Both the position numbers and the translations under genes were made by a program. Of a stretch of 64,000 nucleotides of DNA, positions 9,081-19,650 are shown piece after piece (within the stretch, counting starts at the first letter, position 1; every line of letters begins with the position of its first letter). The stretch lies in assembly GCA_036337435.1 (NCBI GenBank), contig JAYZEG010000058.1, positions 96,001 to 160,000 of the forward strand. The letters run 5' to 3'. This DNA comes from Myxococcota bacterium. Its GTDB lineage: Bacteria > Myxococcota_A > Bradymonadia > UBA7976 > UBA1532. The notes beneath the pieces are model-generated. The model had not been told where the DNA came from, made no database searches, and saw only the letters and a program-made list of their open reading frames with translations.

Positions 9081-9697
9081 TAAATTGGATCCTCCCCATC
9101 TAACGGTTCCTCGGTCTTTTCATCATCTAACAACCAAATCACCGTAGACTCTTCATCCTCAGCAGGCATGCTAACCAGAATTGCCTTTTGTCCCTCGTTC
9201 GAAACCGAATCAACCACAATATTACGTCCACCAGCTGACCTCTCAGCAAGGGTGACATCTGCACTGCCTGGCCCGTCTTGATCCGTCGTCGGGCCCACCG
9301 TGAAAAACGCCACGGCAGCAGTAGCCGCCGCCCCAAGAAGCACCGGAGTCCAGTTGCTTTGGAACCAACTGACTAATCTACCGAATAGGTTATCGTTTGA
9401 ATTAGGCTCTAAAGCCATCGAAACCGATTCCGCTTTGGTTGAGCTTACGGCGGCTGTTGGCGCAGCCTCCATAGCATCGATCCGTTCGTCTATCGCTGAC
9501 GAAAAGTTTTTGAAGTCAACCTCGGTTGATTCCAAATCCACATGTTCGCGCAAGAGACCCCCGATCGCCGTGAAATCATCACGCATGTCGATTAGGTCGG
9601 GATTATTGACCAAAGCCGACTCAAACTCACTCGCTTCGTCATCGGTCAGCTCGCCATCTAAAAACCGGTTGAGCAATTCGTGTTCACGTTCTGTCAT
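9080..9697 (-). CDS. Membrane-bound anti-sigma factor
   Basis: N-terminal LLNRFLDGEL anti-sigma-domain motif, single TM helix, short acidic extracytoplasmic tail; coupled to the ECF sigma gene. Confidence 0.8.
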   Translation of the reverse strand: MTEREHELLNRFLDGELTDDEASEFESALVNNPDLIDMRDDFTAIGGLLREHVDLESTEVDFKNFSSAIDERIDAMEAAPTAAVSSTKAESVSMALEPNSNDNLFGRLVSWFQSNWTPVLLGAAATAAVAFFTVGPTTDQDGPGSADVTLAERSAGGRNIVVDSVSNEGQKAILVSMPAEDEESTVIWLLDDEKTEEPLDGEDPI

Positions 9698-10347
9698 GAT
9701 TTGCCCTTCCTCACGCCGGTACCAGCCCGTGAAGACAACGTACTGCCTGACGCCTCGAGATACGGTTTAAGTGTCTTTTGTAAATTCTTTCGCGCATGAT
9801 GCAATCGACTCATGACGGTGCCCAGATGGCAGCCCATTGACTCTGCAATATCCTCGTAGCTCATGCCTTCGACTTCACGAAGGAGCAGAATTTGTCGATG
9901 ATTTTCAGATAATTTGGCTAACGCATCGTTGAGAATTTTACCCAACTCATCTGATTCAAATGCCGCACCTGGATGCATTGGTCGCGTATTGCCCACCAGC
10001 GGGGCCACACCTGCAGATTCGTCTCGGCGCTTGAAACTATCGTCATATTCGACCGAACGTGCCCGCTTCTGCTTTCGACACTTGTCAATGCAGACGTTCA
10101 CAACGATTCGATAAAACCAAGTGTAAAATGAGCTGTCGCCTTTGAAGGATTCGATGTTTCGAAAGACTTTGACGAATGCATCCTGTGCTGCATCCAAAGC
10201 ATCTTCACGATTCCTGAGCATGCCGTAGGCAATGCCGTAGGCACGTCGTTGGTATTTTTCCACTAGCATATGAAACGCACTCCGGTCCCCACGTTTACAA
10301 CGCGTGATGATCTCAACTTCAGACATCTCGCTCGAATCTGCGGCCAT
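9694..10347 (-). CDS. ECF sigma-70 factor (RpoE-like)
   Basis: Region 2 DAAQDAFVK...SFYTWFYRI; region 4 LREVEGMSYEDIA...GTVMSRLHHAR. Confidence 0.93.
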   Translation of the reverse strand: MAADSSEMSEVEIITRCKRGDRSAFHMLVEKYQRRAYGIAYGMLRNREDALDAAQDAFVKVFRNIESFKGDSSFYTWFYRIVVNVCIDKCRKQKRARSVEYDDSFKRRDESAGVAPLVGNTRPMHPGAAFESDELGKILNDALAKLSENHRQILLLREVEGMSYEDIAESMGCHLGTVMSRLHHARKNLQKTLKPYLEASGSTLSSRAGTGVRKGKS

Positions 10348-10377
10348 CGACGGAACCCAAGGCGATTAATTCAACGG

Positions 10378-10405
10378 TGAACGCATCTTATCCAAAAAAA
10401 AGTTC
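10378..10405 (-). promoter_or_regulatory. Candidate autoregulatory ECF promoter
   Basis: Minus strand GAACTT, 16 nt spacer, CGTTCA, ending about 30 nt upstream of the sigma ATG. Confidence 0.45.
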
Positions 10406-10545
10406 GATCGTACAGAACCAATCGTTAATTTATTGTTACCCAACAGGCAAAAAGATGCTCCTGTTCATGGTTAGCGTTAACAAAAAGGCCTCGATTTTTA
10501 TTTTATGGAACTAAATTTTCCTAAACGTGTGTTACCCGTCACGTC

Positions 10546-13500
10546 ATGGCAGACTTGAATCCTTTTCAGATACTCAACGGCCGCCTAGGGTTGTTGAGGC
10601 GGCGCACTCGAGTTCTGGGCATCAGCAAACTGCTTTTGTTGACGGGCAGTGGTGTCGTGCTGTTGATGACGCTGATTCTCTTTCTGTTCGGGTTTTATAA
10701 GCCGACGCTCATCACCCAGCACTGGGTGCTGGGTGGCCTGATTGGCGTCAGCGCCCTTTACGTCCTGATACAAACCGTTCGAATTTTTTCAAAGACAGCC
10801 TCATTGGCAGAGGTCGCAGCGCGTTGGGAACGCCAGCAACCTGAGCTCAAAGATGGACTGATCGCCGCTGTTTATTTCGATGAAGCGATCCGAACGAACT
10901 CGTTAGATGGCGACCTAGATGCTGCGCGTTCGTTGGCGCACTGGGTGGTCAAAAAAACCGCGGATACAAAGCCATCAACGATCGCACCAGTAACAGAATT
11001 GTATCGCCCTATCGCGGTCACACTCACAGCCCTCGCTGTCATGTTGAGTCTGTTCTGGGTATACCCCGATACATTCAACGCGGCCCTTGCAGAGCTTACG
11101 AGAGCCGATAATGGATTGCGGGTCGAGTCCGGTCCCTTAGTCGCCGATATAACCCTCACAGTGGACGCGCCCCAATACACCGGGGCAACCCGCCGGATCA
11201 TCCCAAATTCGACGGGGAACGTCAGCGTATTTAGGGGAAGTAAGATTACCGTCCATGCGACGCCACTCAAATCAAATGCCCAAGTCTTCATCCTGTTAGG
11301 TGACAAACGCATTGACGGGAAATCAATTAGTGAAAATAAATCTGAGTTATCCATGGAAGCAATGGACTCTCTGGATTGGCGGTTTGGTTTGCGAACTGCA
11401 TCGGGTGAACGGCAAATTGAAACACAGGCCCGACGCATTTCAATAAAGGCCGACAAACCCCCTCACATAGACTTGGTTACACCAACCACCGATCTGGAAT
11501 TGGATAAAATCAGTGCTGTCCCCATCGAGTTTTCAGCACGAGATGATTTCGGAATCAGCCGCATCGCAGTTCGGCTTGCACTGGCAAACGACGAAGACAA
11601 CATCACACGCGTCGAACAAGAGGGTTATTCGGGCAAAGTGGCCAAGGGCGCAGATGAAATCGACTTAAATGTGATGGACGCGCAACCCGGCGATCGAATC
11701 GCGCTTTCTGTCGAAGTCTACGACAATAGAACCATTGAGGGTCCCCAAGTCAGTGTTTCACAAACACGTTACATTACGGTTCGTTCTCCCGAGTTCGAAC
11801 ATTATAAAATCACCGAAGCCCTAAACGCGCTCATCGAACAGCTCCTTGATGCCTTAGCATCTCGACTTGAAACGGAATACCAAGGCGTTGCCGGAACCCT
11901 GTTATCAGAAAAGGTTGGAGTTCTATCTAAGCAGACCGGTGGAGCACTCGACACCTTGACAGCGATTTTAGAGCGCATGGAAAAAGACCCCATGAGTTCG
12001 AAACAAGCAATCGCTGGACTTCAATCGAACCAGCAGAAAACAAGCGAAGCGCATCGGGCTGAGGCGACCGCGCTGGCTAGAGAGCGAGCCCGCACCCAAA
12101 CGGGAGCAATCACGAATCCGTCTGATTTTAAGACCTTCAATGAGGACGTCATTTCTCCACTTGAGGAACTCATTATCTATGTAGAGTCGGTTGTTGCTCA
12201 ACTGGGTCTAGCAGACATCGCGGCCATGACCGAGGAAATCAAAGCCGCGAAAGTTCGACTTAAAGACCTGATGACAGCATACAAAAAACGACCATCCGAT
12301 GCTTTGAAAGCACGAATTATGAGAAATATTCGGCGCCTCAAAGATCGAATGCGTGCACTGCAAAAGCGAATGGCCAATCTGAGAAAGAAACTCCCAGACG
12401 AATTTCTTAACCTAGATGGAATGAAGTCTGGTGAAGTCAGTCAAGGGCTATCTGACACGAGAAAACAACTCGATAACTTAGAAAAAATGATGGAAGAAAA
12501 CCGGCTTGATGACGCACTGAAAGCCCTTGATGAAATGAGCGAAACACTGGACCAACTTTCGTCAGCACTGGACCAAGACATGCAGGAGTTGCATGAGCAA
12601 ACGAACCCTGCACTTCAAAAAGCGTTGAGCGAGTTGATGGATCAAACGCGTGACCTGATGAAACAACAGGAAGAACTCAGTCAAGAGACAGAGACTCAGT
12701 CCAAACTTGAGCAAGAGAAGCAGGCTGAAATCTTTGACAAACTGTTTAAGGAACAAATCGATAGTCTTCTCAAAAAAGCGGAGAGTCTGAAAGCGAATGC
12801 AAACAAGATTCGATCTGGTCCACTGCCAACATTTGCGGAGGAGAGTGCTGCGGAAATCAACGAGCGCGTGGATGAGTTAATACAGGCCTTGAAAAACAAA
12901 CGCCTCGAAGCTGCTTTACGTTCCGCTCGCAACGCACTCTCACCCTTATATACGGTCCGACGATATTCGCGTTTTCGTAACCGGTCGTCGAGAGACGTCT
13001 CGGATGCTGCCAACAAAGCCATAGAGCAAGACGAGGAGATTATTGACCAACTCGATGACTTGATGAAACAGGCTCAAAAGCAAATGCAGGCAACGAAACA
13101 GCAGTCTGCAAATTCCAGTGCACGAGAGAAGCAAGAGCAGTTGCGCGAGGCAGCGCGTCGACTACAACAAAAAATGGCATCGCAGCAAGAGAAGATAACA
13201 GGACTGAAGGGGGAACCCATGCAAAGCATGGAATCAGCCCAAAAAAGTATGCAGAGAGCCAGCCAGTCGCTCCAGAAGGGACAACCTGGACATGCACTTC
13301 CAAGCCAGTCAGAAGCGGTTTCTCAGCTAAAGAAGCTGATGAATGGGCTGAAGCAAGCCAGCAAGCCGCAAAGTGGGAACAAGGATGGACAGAAAGGTCA
13401 ACGAGACGGAGGTCGTAACACAAAGCGCGACAAAGTACGGATCCCGGGTGCCGATGAACACGATGCCCCCGCAGAATTCCGACAGGAACTGATGGATGCA

Positions 13501-13569
13501 ATGAAAGACAAAGCGCCGAGTGACTTTAAAGAGTCGGTCAAGCGCTACTACGAATCACTGGTGAAATGA
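10546..13569 (+). CDS. DUF4175-like membrane-anchored long coiled-coil protein
   Basis: N-terminal TMs, PQYTG, DxPP, ARDDFGI, long Q/E/K/M-rich helical region, C-terminal VKRYYESL. Confidence 0.75.
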   Translation: MADLNPFQILNGRLGLLRRRTRVLGISKLLLLTGSGVVLLMTLILFLFGFYKPTLITQHWVLGGLIGVSALYVLIQTVRIFSKTASLAEVAARWERQQPELKDGLIAAVYFDEAIRTNSLDGDLDAARSLAHWVVKKTADTKPSTIAPVTELYRPIAVTLTALAVMLSLFWVYPDTFNAALAELTRADNGLRVESGPLVADITLTVDAPQYTGATRRIIPNSTGNVSVFRGSKITVHATPLKSNAQVFILLGDKRIDGKSISENKSELSMEAMDSLDWRFGLRTASGERQIETQARRISIKADKPPHIDLVTPTTDLELDKISAVPIEFSARDDFGISRIAVRLALANDEDNITRVEQEGYSGKVAKGADEIDLNVMDAQPGDRIALSVEVYDNRTIEGPQVSVSQTRYITVRSPEFEHYKITEALNALIEQLLDALASRLETEYQGVAGTLLSEKVGVLSKQTGGALDTLTAILERMEKDPMSSKQAIAGLQSNQQKTSEAHRAEATALARERARTQTGAITNPSDFKTFNEDVISPLEELIIYVESVVAQLGLADIAAMTEEIKAAKVRLKDLMTAYKKRPSDALKARIMRNIRRLKDRMRALQKRMANLRKKLPDEFLNLDGMKSGEVSQGLSDTRKQLDNLEKMMEENRLDDALKALDEMSETLDQLSSALDQDMQELHEQTNPALQKALSELMDQTRDLMKQQEELSQETETQSKLEQEKQAEIFDKLFKEQIDSLLKKAESLKANANKIRSGPLPTFAEESAAEINERVDELIQALKNKRLEAALRSARNALSPLYTVRRYSRFRNRSSRDVSDAANKAIEQDEEIIDQLDDLMKQAQKQMQATKQQSANSSAREKQEQLREAARRLQQKMASQQEKITGLKGEPMQSMESAQKSMQRASQSLQKGQPGHALPSQSEAVSQLKKLMNGLKQASKPQSGNKDGQKGQRDGGRNTKRDKVRIPGADEHDAPAEFRQELMDAMKDKAPSDFKESVKRYYESLVK

Positions 13570-15146
13570 AGGGAGCGAGTATGCGGCTGCTTACATTGCT
13601 CGTCTTATTGATGGGCTGGACAAACCCGCTAGCAAAACCATTGAAGGCCGATGCAATCCATCAAATGATTGGGCAGTGGCAGGCCGTCGACGCACGGCAG
13701 GCAATACAAGACGCACTTGCCGAAGACCCAGACGATATCAACCTCCAATTCGCCCAAAGTCGGTTATTATTTTTTGAAGGCAACTACGGTGAATCTCTGC
13801 GTGTTTTAGACGCATTGACTAAAAACTTCGGCGATGAGGTGCCTGGGAGTGTCATGGAGTTTAGGTCACGCGTCCAAGAGACTCATAACGCCCTCAAGAC
13901 CTTTAGCGAACACAGCACATCGAATGGGCGATTTTTAATTCGTTATAAGGGTCGAGACAAAGTCCTTCTACCATACCTGATCCCGGTCTTAGAGGAGGCC
14001 GACAAGGCTCTGTCGGCCGATTTTGGCTACACCCCGAAGGGCCAAGTCGTCGTTGAGATCTATCCTGAAATTGCCTACTTAGCTCGAGTCAGCCCGTTGA
14101 CAGAATCTGATATTGAGACCAGTGGCACCATCGCCCTCTGCAAGTACAATAGGCTCATGTTTACCTCACCGAGAGCACTTGTGAGGGGGTATGGTTGGCA
14201 AGACACTGTCTCGCATGAATTTGTACACTATTACCTCACTAAAATGAGTAAAAACACCATCCCCATCTGGCTCCACGAGGGGATTGCTAAATTCCAAGAG
14301 ACACGCTGGCGTGAATCACCCGGCCACAAGTTAGACCCGCCCGAGGAGGATTTACTCGCGCGCAGTCTAGAATCAGATAAGCTGATTACCTTCGAACAAA
14401 TGCACCCATCCATGGCGAAACTGCCCAGCCAAGAGGCCGCAGGTTTGGCATTTGCGGAAGTGCATACTGTCATCGACTTTCTGTATCGCAAGAAAGGATA
14501 CGAAGGTCTAAGAATGCTCATCAAGAAGCTGGCTTTTGGTCTAGAGATGAATGCGGCACTCCGATCCGTCTATGGCTTTAACCTGATGGGGCTGTGGACC
14601 GCTTGGCATCGCGACTTAAAAACGCGCGGTCTGCAGGAATATCCAGGCCTTGTCCAAATGTCTTTGGAATTCAAAAGGCCGGGAGAGACAACTGACGAGG
14701 ACGAACTCGAGATCAGCTACGGTTCCATCAAAAAAAAGCAGGTTCGAGACTACACTCATCTGGGTGAATTATTGCGAGCAAGGAAGCGCTTCAAAGCCGC
14801 ACTGAAAGAGTACCTTAAAGCAGAGGCTATAGCAGGTAACGGCAATCCCACTGTTCAGAATGGGACAGCAGAATCCTTATTGGCACTGGAACGATTCAAA
14901 GACGTCCCCAAGGTGCTCGAGCAAGTTAGATTTTATTACCCGAGATACCTAAGAACTCGTCTAAACCTGGCGACAGCCTTTCTAAATTTGGAACAGACAG
15001 ACGCTGCCATTGTCGAGTTTGAATCTGCGATGGCCATAAATCCATTTCATCCCGGTCCTCACATCGCTCTCGAAAAATTGTATCTGAAAAAAGGCAAGGC
15101 CGATTTGGCAAAACGAGCGCGCGAAAGCTTGGAGTTATTAAAATGA
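13566..15146 (+). CDS. Exported TPR-containing peptidase MA (gluzincin-like) protein
   Basis: Signal peptide; HEFVH followed by PIWLHEGIA (third-ligand Glu); TPR-like helices at both ends. Confidence 0.8.
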   Translation: MKGASMRLLTLLVLLMGWTNPLAKPLKADAIHQMIGQWQAVDARQAIQDALAEDPDDINLQFAQSRLLFFEGNYGESLRVLDALTKNFGDEVPGSVMEFRSRVQETHNALKTFSEHSTSNGRFLIRYKGRDKVLLPYLIPVLEEADKALSADFGYTPKGQVVVEIYPEIAYLARVSPLTESDIETSGTIALCKYNRLMFTSPRALVRGYGWQDTVSHEFVHYYLTKMSKNTIPIWLHEGIAKFQETRWRESPGHKLDPPEEDLLARSLESDKLITFEQMHPSMAKLPSQEAAGLAFAEVHTVIDFLYRKKGYEGLRMLIKKLAFGLEMNAALRSVYGFNLMGLWTAWHRDLKTRGLQEYPGLVQMSLEFKRPGETTDEDELEISYGSIKKKQVRDYTHLGELLRARKRFKAALKEYLKAEAIAGNGNPTVQNGTAESLLALERFKDVPKVLEQVRFYYPRYLRTRLNLATAFLNLEQTDAAIVEFESAMAINPFHPGPHIALEKLYLKKGKADLAKRARESLELLK

Positions 15147-16141
15147 GTACCCATGATTCTGACCACGAGGGTTTAGAACTTGCTGCGTCGGCAAAGCAGA
15201 AGTTGCTTGAGCAGGTGTCGAAGCAAATCGTCGGCCAGGAAACTGTTATACAATTGATGCTCACATCGCTGTTAGCACGTGGACATTGCTTATTTGTTGG
15301 TGTCCCAGGATTGGCGAAAACGCTGCTTGTAAATAGCACAGCACAAGCACTTTCACTGGGCTTCAATCGGATTCAATTTACCCCTGACCTCATGCCCAGC
15401 GATATCACTGGCACCGAGATTTTGGAGGCCGACTCAGAGACCGGAAGGCGACACTTCAAATTTGTTAAAGGTCCAATATTCACAAATTTGCTCTTGGCTG
15501 ATGAAATCAACCGAACGCCGCCGAAGACCCAAGCGGCTCTGCTCCAGGCTATGCAAGAGCGGGTTGTTACAGCCGCGGGTCAAACGTACGAGATGACTGC
15601 TCCGTTTATGGTTTTTGCGACTCAAAATCCGATTGAACAAGAAGGAACGTACCCTCTACCGGAAGCACAGTTAGACCGCTTCATGATGATGATTAACGTC
15701 GACTATCCTTCAGAGGACGAAGAGGTCGAAATTGTTAGACGAACAACCGTGGGGGCACCGCCCAGCATTGAGCCTGTGCTGACCGTGAGTGATATTCTAA
15801 CACTTCAAGAGTTGGTTAAAAATATTCCGGTTTCGGAGCATGTTATTCAATATGCTGTGAAACTCGCGCGGTCAACCCGACCCACGGGGGATGAGGCAGC
15901 AGAATATATTAAGAATTATGTTGGCTGGGGTGCTGGACCACGAGCCAGTCAATTCATGATTCTCGCAGGCAAAGCACGAGCTCTCCTAGATGGGCGATTA
16001 ACCGTGTCGCGAGACGATATTAAAGACTTGGCGATCCCGATTCTCAGGCACCGGGTCGTCACCAATTTTAATGCTGACGCCGAGAGAATCCAAAGCGACG
16101 ATCTCATCAGGCGAATCATAGACGACAATCCGACCGCCTAG
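15143..16141 (+). CDS. MoxR family AAA+ ATPase
   Basis: GVPGLAKT, RIQFTPDLMPSD, LLADEINR, ATQNPIEQEGTYPLPEAQLDRF. Confidence 0.96.
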   Translation: MSTHDSDHEGLELAASAKQKLLEQVSKQIVGQETVIQLMLTSLLARGHCLFVGVPGLAKTLLVNSTAQALSLGFNRIQFTPDLMPSDITGTEILEADSETGRRHFKFVKGPIFTNLLLADEINRTPPKTQAALLQAMQERVVTAAGQTYEMTAPFMVFATQNPIEQEGTYPLPEAQLDRFMMMINVDYPSEDEEVEIVRRTTVGAPPSIEPVLTVSDILTLQELVKNIPVSEHVIQYAVKLARSTRPTGDEAAEYIKNYVGWGAGPRASQFMILAGKARALLDGRLTVSRDDIKDLAIPILRHRVVTNFNADAERIQSDDLIRRIIDDNPTA

Positions 16142-16143
16142 TC

Positions 16144-17028
16144 ATGCATCAGTCCCCCTTAATAGATCCAGAGTTATTCGGACGTTTATCAGGACTCTCT
16201 ATCCGCTTTGATGGACATGTTGAGGGGGCTGTTACGGGATTTCATCGAAGTCGAGCTAAGGGGTCGAGCGTTGAATTCGCCCAATACCGGGAGTATGCAC
16301 CAGGCGACGAAATCAAGCATATCGACTGGAAATCATACGCTCGAAATGATCGCTTCTATGTAAAGCAATTTGAAGATGAGACGGATCTCAGGACGCTTTT
16401 CGTCGTCGATACGTCAAAATCGATGGACTTCAAGATCGACGACAATCCAAAGAAGATAACCTATGCAGGGCAACTTGCCGCCGCGCTCGCATGGACTTTA
16501 ATTCAGCAGGGCGATGCTATCGGTTTGTTGACTCATGGAGCAGAGATTGGAACCTATCTTCCGCCGAGAAGTCGGCCTGAACATTTCTGGAGATTCATAC
16601 GAAATCTTGAAGCTGCCCAATGCGGTGGTGAGACCAATCTGGCGTCGGCACTGACCCACGTCGCAAATCTGCCACTGAAGCGCAGCAATGTCGTCTTGCT
16701 TTCGGACTGTCTAGAGTTTACCGAGAATTTCATCAGTATCCTCAAACAACTCAGGCGCCGACACTACGTTTCAGTGCTCCATATCTTGGATCCGAGTGAA
16801 GTCCAATTTCCATTTTCGGATCTGACGGTTTTTGAAGATGCAGAAAACCACTCTGAACAACAAGTCGATCCTCGAGCAATGGCCGAAGAGTATCGATCGG
16901 CTGTCTCTAAATGGCTCGATGAACTCAAGAATAGCCTTTCCGATGGTCAGGTTAATTACAAATTATCGACAACCGATATAGCCATTGAGACGGCCGTGAT
17001 GACTTGGGCTAGGGGTCGTCAGAGATGA
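16144..17028 (+). CDS. DUF58 / vWA protein (MoxR partner)
   Basis: GSSVEFAQYREYAPGD, IDWK, MIDAS motif DTSKS. Confidence 0.92.
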   Translation: MHQSPLIDPELFGRLSGLSIRFDGHVEGAVTGFHRSRAKGSSVEFAQYREYAPGDEIKHIDWKSYARNDRFYVKQFEDETDLRTLFVVDTSKSMDFKIDDNPKKITYAGQLAAALAWTLIQQGDAIGLLTHGAEIGTYLPPRSRPEHFWRFIRNLEAAQCGGETNLASALTHVANLPLKRSNVVLLSDCLEFTENFISILKQLRRRHYVSVLHILDPSEVQFPFSDLTVFEDAENHSEQQVDPRAMAEEYRSAVSKWLDELKNSLSDGQVNYKLSTTDIAIETAVMTWARGRQR

Positions 17029-19118
17029 CGTTCCTATCTCCTTGGCTCTTGGCTGGGCTGGCTGGAATTCTGATTCCGCCCATCATCCACCTACTTCTTA
17101 GACGCAAACCTAAACGGGTAATTTTTCCGACTCTGCACTTTATCTTGACGTCCCATAAAAAGACGTCGAGGCGATTTAGACTAAGACAAATACTCCTCAT
17201 GCTGACCCGTTGCCTACTGCTAGGCCTTTTGGCATTCGCCATCGCCAGACCACTTATGGTTTCGGAGGATCAATCGGGCATGGATGCAGTTGATGGTGGA
17301 ACAATTTTCATCGTCCTGGATACAAGCTACCCAATGCAATATCGACTGGATGATGAATCACTCTTAATGCGAGCAAAGATAATGGCCAGTAACCTGGTTG
17401 GACGCGCCAACACTCAGTACGGTCTCATCGTTGCTGACCCGAAACCAGAGCTTGTGCTCTCCGAATTAAGCGCGGATGCAAGTAAAGTTCGGGATTCAAT
17501 TGGCGAAATCAAGCCAGGTCTACACGGTCGAAACCTATCGGCTGCACTCTCATTAGCGTACTCTATGGCGGCTGAGAGCAGTCAGGACCAATTGAACTCT
17601 GTTGTTGTTCTATCAACCCCTGCGGGGCTCAAGGACTTAGCCCGACCACCACCGGGCAGCGGACAGATCAAACTGGTTCCGGTCGATGTATCCGACGGAA
17701 ACCCATTGCCAAATCGAGCGGTTATAGACGTGTCAATTCGAGCAGCACCTGAAATGGGCACTGGGCATTGGGAACTCACGACCCGGATCGCCAATCATTC
17801 AAATGAAGACGCAAAAAAGCTGCCCATTTGGTTGGCCATTGACGGCCAGACCGTCGTCAATGGACTCGTCGACATTCCGGCCAACGAGGAGGCGAGCAAG
17901 GTCTTCTATGTAGCCCTAGGCGAACAGCAGTCAGGACAAGCGGAAATTCGCATTGCTGATGACGCCCTGACGATTGATAACCGCTATCCGTTCTGGATGA
18001 TTCCGGCCGAACCAATACGCGTTCTTGCAGTCAACGGGAGCCCGAATGCAAATCCCTATAAAGACGAGCTCTATTATGTTCAAAAAGCCGTCGAACCTGC
18101 TGTAGCATCCGGCGTCAGAATCGTCATGAAGTCACTCGGCTTAGATAGACTGGGTCAAGTTGATCTCGATCTTTACGATGTTGTCATGTTGGCCAATGTC
18201 GAAAAAGTAACAGCCGAGTTCAGCCGGCAGTTGACCATTTTTGTGAAAAAAGGTGGTGGTCTGTTCATCAGCTGCGGTGAACAGATCAATGCGATTGAGT
18301 TAAATCGAAGGCTTGGACCCCTGTTACCCCGAACCATCCGAAGTAAAAAAATCGCGGGGGATGCGGCCGCAAGCAACGAAGGACAGGATCGACGAGTGGC
18401 ACACCTAAAATTGTTCAATCGAAAGCATCCGATCATTGAAAACTTTGCAGCACCTGAAACGACGTCGCTTGCCCTGGCTCAAATTGAAAAATTTATGCTG
18501 CTAGACCCGTCTCCGAATGCCGGAGGGGACGTCATCATGAGTCTAGATAATGGAGCCCCTTTTCTCGTGGGCAGACGGGTGGAAAAAGGGCGAGTCATTT
18601 TGATGACAACGACGATTGACCGAGATTGGAATGATCTCGTCATTCGGCCTCATTTTCTACCTTTGCTCGTCCATACATTGCGCCATCTCGCACAAACCAA
18701 AACCACCCAATCCAAGCCCTACACAGTTGGGCAACTTGCGACAATTGCGACAACAGACTGGGGCGCCGGACGCATTAGGTTACCGAATGGAAAGAGAATC
18801 GACTTGCAAAGCAATCCGGGCGACACCGAAATTCGTTTTGCCGAGACCAAACAGACAGGCCATTACTCATTGGATCCGATAGATGAGACACGGAAGACCG
18901 CGCCTGCATTTTCCGTTCATTTGGATACGAGTTACGCAAAGCTAAGCAGCCGTCAGGCTACAGTTGGCGAGGACGTGACAGCAAGCCAAGCGAAGACGTC
19001 GCTGAGTTCAACCCGAGAACTTTGGCATTACGCGTTGCTCCTTCTATTTGTCATGCTCGGGTCAGAAGCCTGGCTGCTCTATCGCTTGCGAATCAGGAGT
19101 CGAGCGGGAACTGCTTAG
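17025..19118 (+). CDS. BatA-domain, vWA-like membrane protein
   Basis: BatA N-terminus MTFLSPWLLAGL...PPIIHLL...FP...LAFAIARP; DTSYP; C-terminal ELW...TM...E motif. Confidence 0.85.
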   Translation: MTFLSPWLLAGLAGILIPPIIHLLLRRKPKRVIFPTLHFILTSHKKTSRRFRLRQILLMLTRCLLLGLLAFAIARPLMVSEDQSGMDAVDGGTIFIVLDTSYPMQYRLDDESLLMRAKIMASNLVGRANTQYGLIVADPKPELVLSELSADASKVRDSIGEIKPGLHGRNLSAALSLAYSMAAESSQDQLNSVVVLSTPAGLKDLARPPPGSGQIKLVPVDVSDGNPLPNRAVIDVSIRAAPEMGTGHWELTTRIANHSNEDAKKLPIWLAIDGQTVVNGLVDIPANEEASKVFYVALGEQQSGQAEIRIADDALTIDNRYPFWMIPAEPIRVLAVNGSPNANPYKDELYYVQKAVEPAVASGVRIVMKSLGLDRLGQVDLDLYDVVMLANVEKVTAEFSRQLTIFVKKGGGLFISCGEQINAIELNRRLGPLLPRTIRSKKIAGDAAASNEGQDRRVAHLKLFNRKHPIIENFAAPETTSLALAQIEKFMLLDPSPNAGGDVIMSLDNGAPFLVGRRVEKGRVILMTTTIDRDWNDLVIRPHFLPLLVHTLRHLAQTKTTQSKPYTVGQLATIATTDWGAGRIRLPNGKRIDLQSNPGDTEIRFAETKQTGHYSLDPIDETRKTAPAFSVHLDTSYAKLSSRQATVGEDVTASQAKTSLSSTRELWHYALLLLFVMLGSEAWLLYRLRIRSRAGTA

Positions 19119-19644
19119 GTAAACGGGAAAATTGTTGAGAACGAACGAGCTCAAGAAAGCGATAATCGAAGGGATTTTGATCGTCGGCCGTGTGTCGTTC
19201 GATGCTCTTTAAAGACCATTGCTCCGGATCAAGTCGAGGGAAGAACGCATCACCGTCTGGTGCCGTTTCGATAACGGTGAGCAAAATGCGCTGCGCAACA
19301 GGCAGACAGAGTCGATAGATCTGTTCGCCACCGATGACCATAATCTCAGAACCGCCGTCCAAAAGTTCAAACGCTTGGCCCAGACTAGAAATCACGTCGA
19401 CCCCGGTCGGGTTATAGCCATGGCGGCGCGACAAAATAATATTCCGCCGATTCGGCAGAGGTCGGCCAATTGACTCATAGGTGCGTCTTCCCATGAGGAT
19501 AGGCTTACCGGTCGTCTGTCGCTTAAAGTATTTTAAGTCTTCAGGCATGTGCCAAGGTAATTGTCCCTGATGGCCAATCGCCCAATTGGTCCCTATCCCG
19601 GCAATCAGTGTCAGTCGACCGCTGAAATTTATACTAGATGACAT
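19093..19644 (-). CDS. folA: Dihydrofolate reductase
   Basis: IGHQGQLPWHMPEDLKYFK, MGRRTYESIGRPLPNRRN, IGG, GDAFFP. Confidence 0.96.
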   Translation of the reverse strand: MSSSINFSGRLTLIAGIGTNWAIGHQGQLPWHMPEDLKYFKRQTTGKPILMGRRTYESIGRPLPNRRNIILSRRHGYNPTGVDVISSLGQAFELLDGGSEIMVIGGEQIYRLCLPVAQRILLTVIETAPDGDAFFPRLDPEQWSLKSIERHTADDQNPFDYRFLELVRSQQFSRLPKQFPLDS

Positions 19645-19650
19645 CGTCGA

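Noticed and set aside
11900..13450. DNA tandem repeats in the Q/E/K-rich gene
   Set aside because: The low complexity is at protein level (coiled coil). No exact nucleotide repeat unit is visible.
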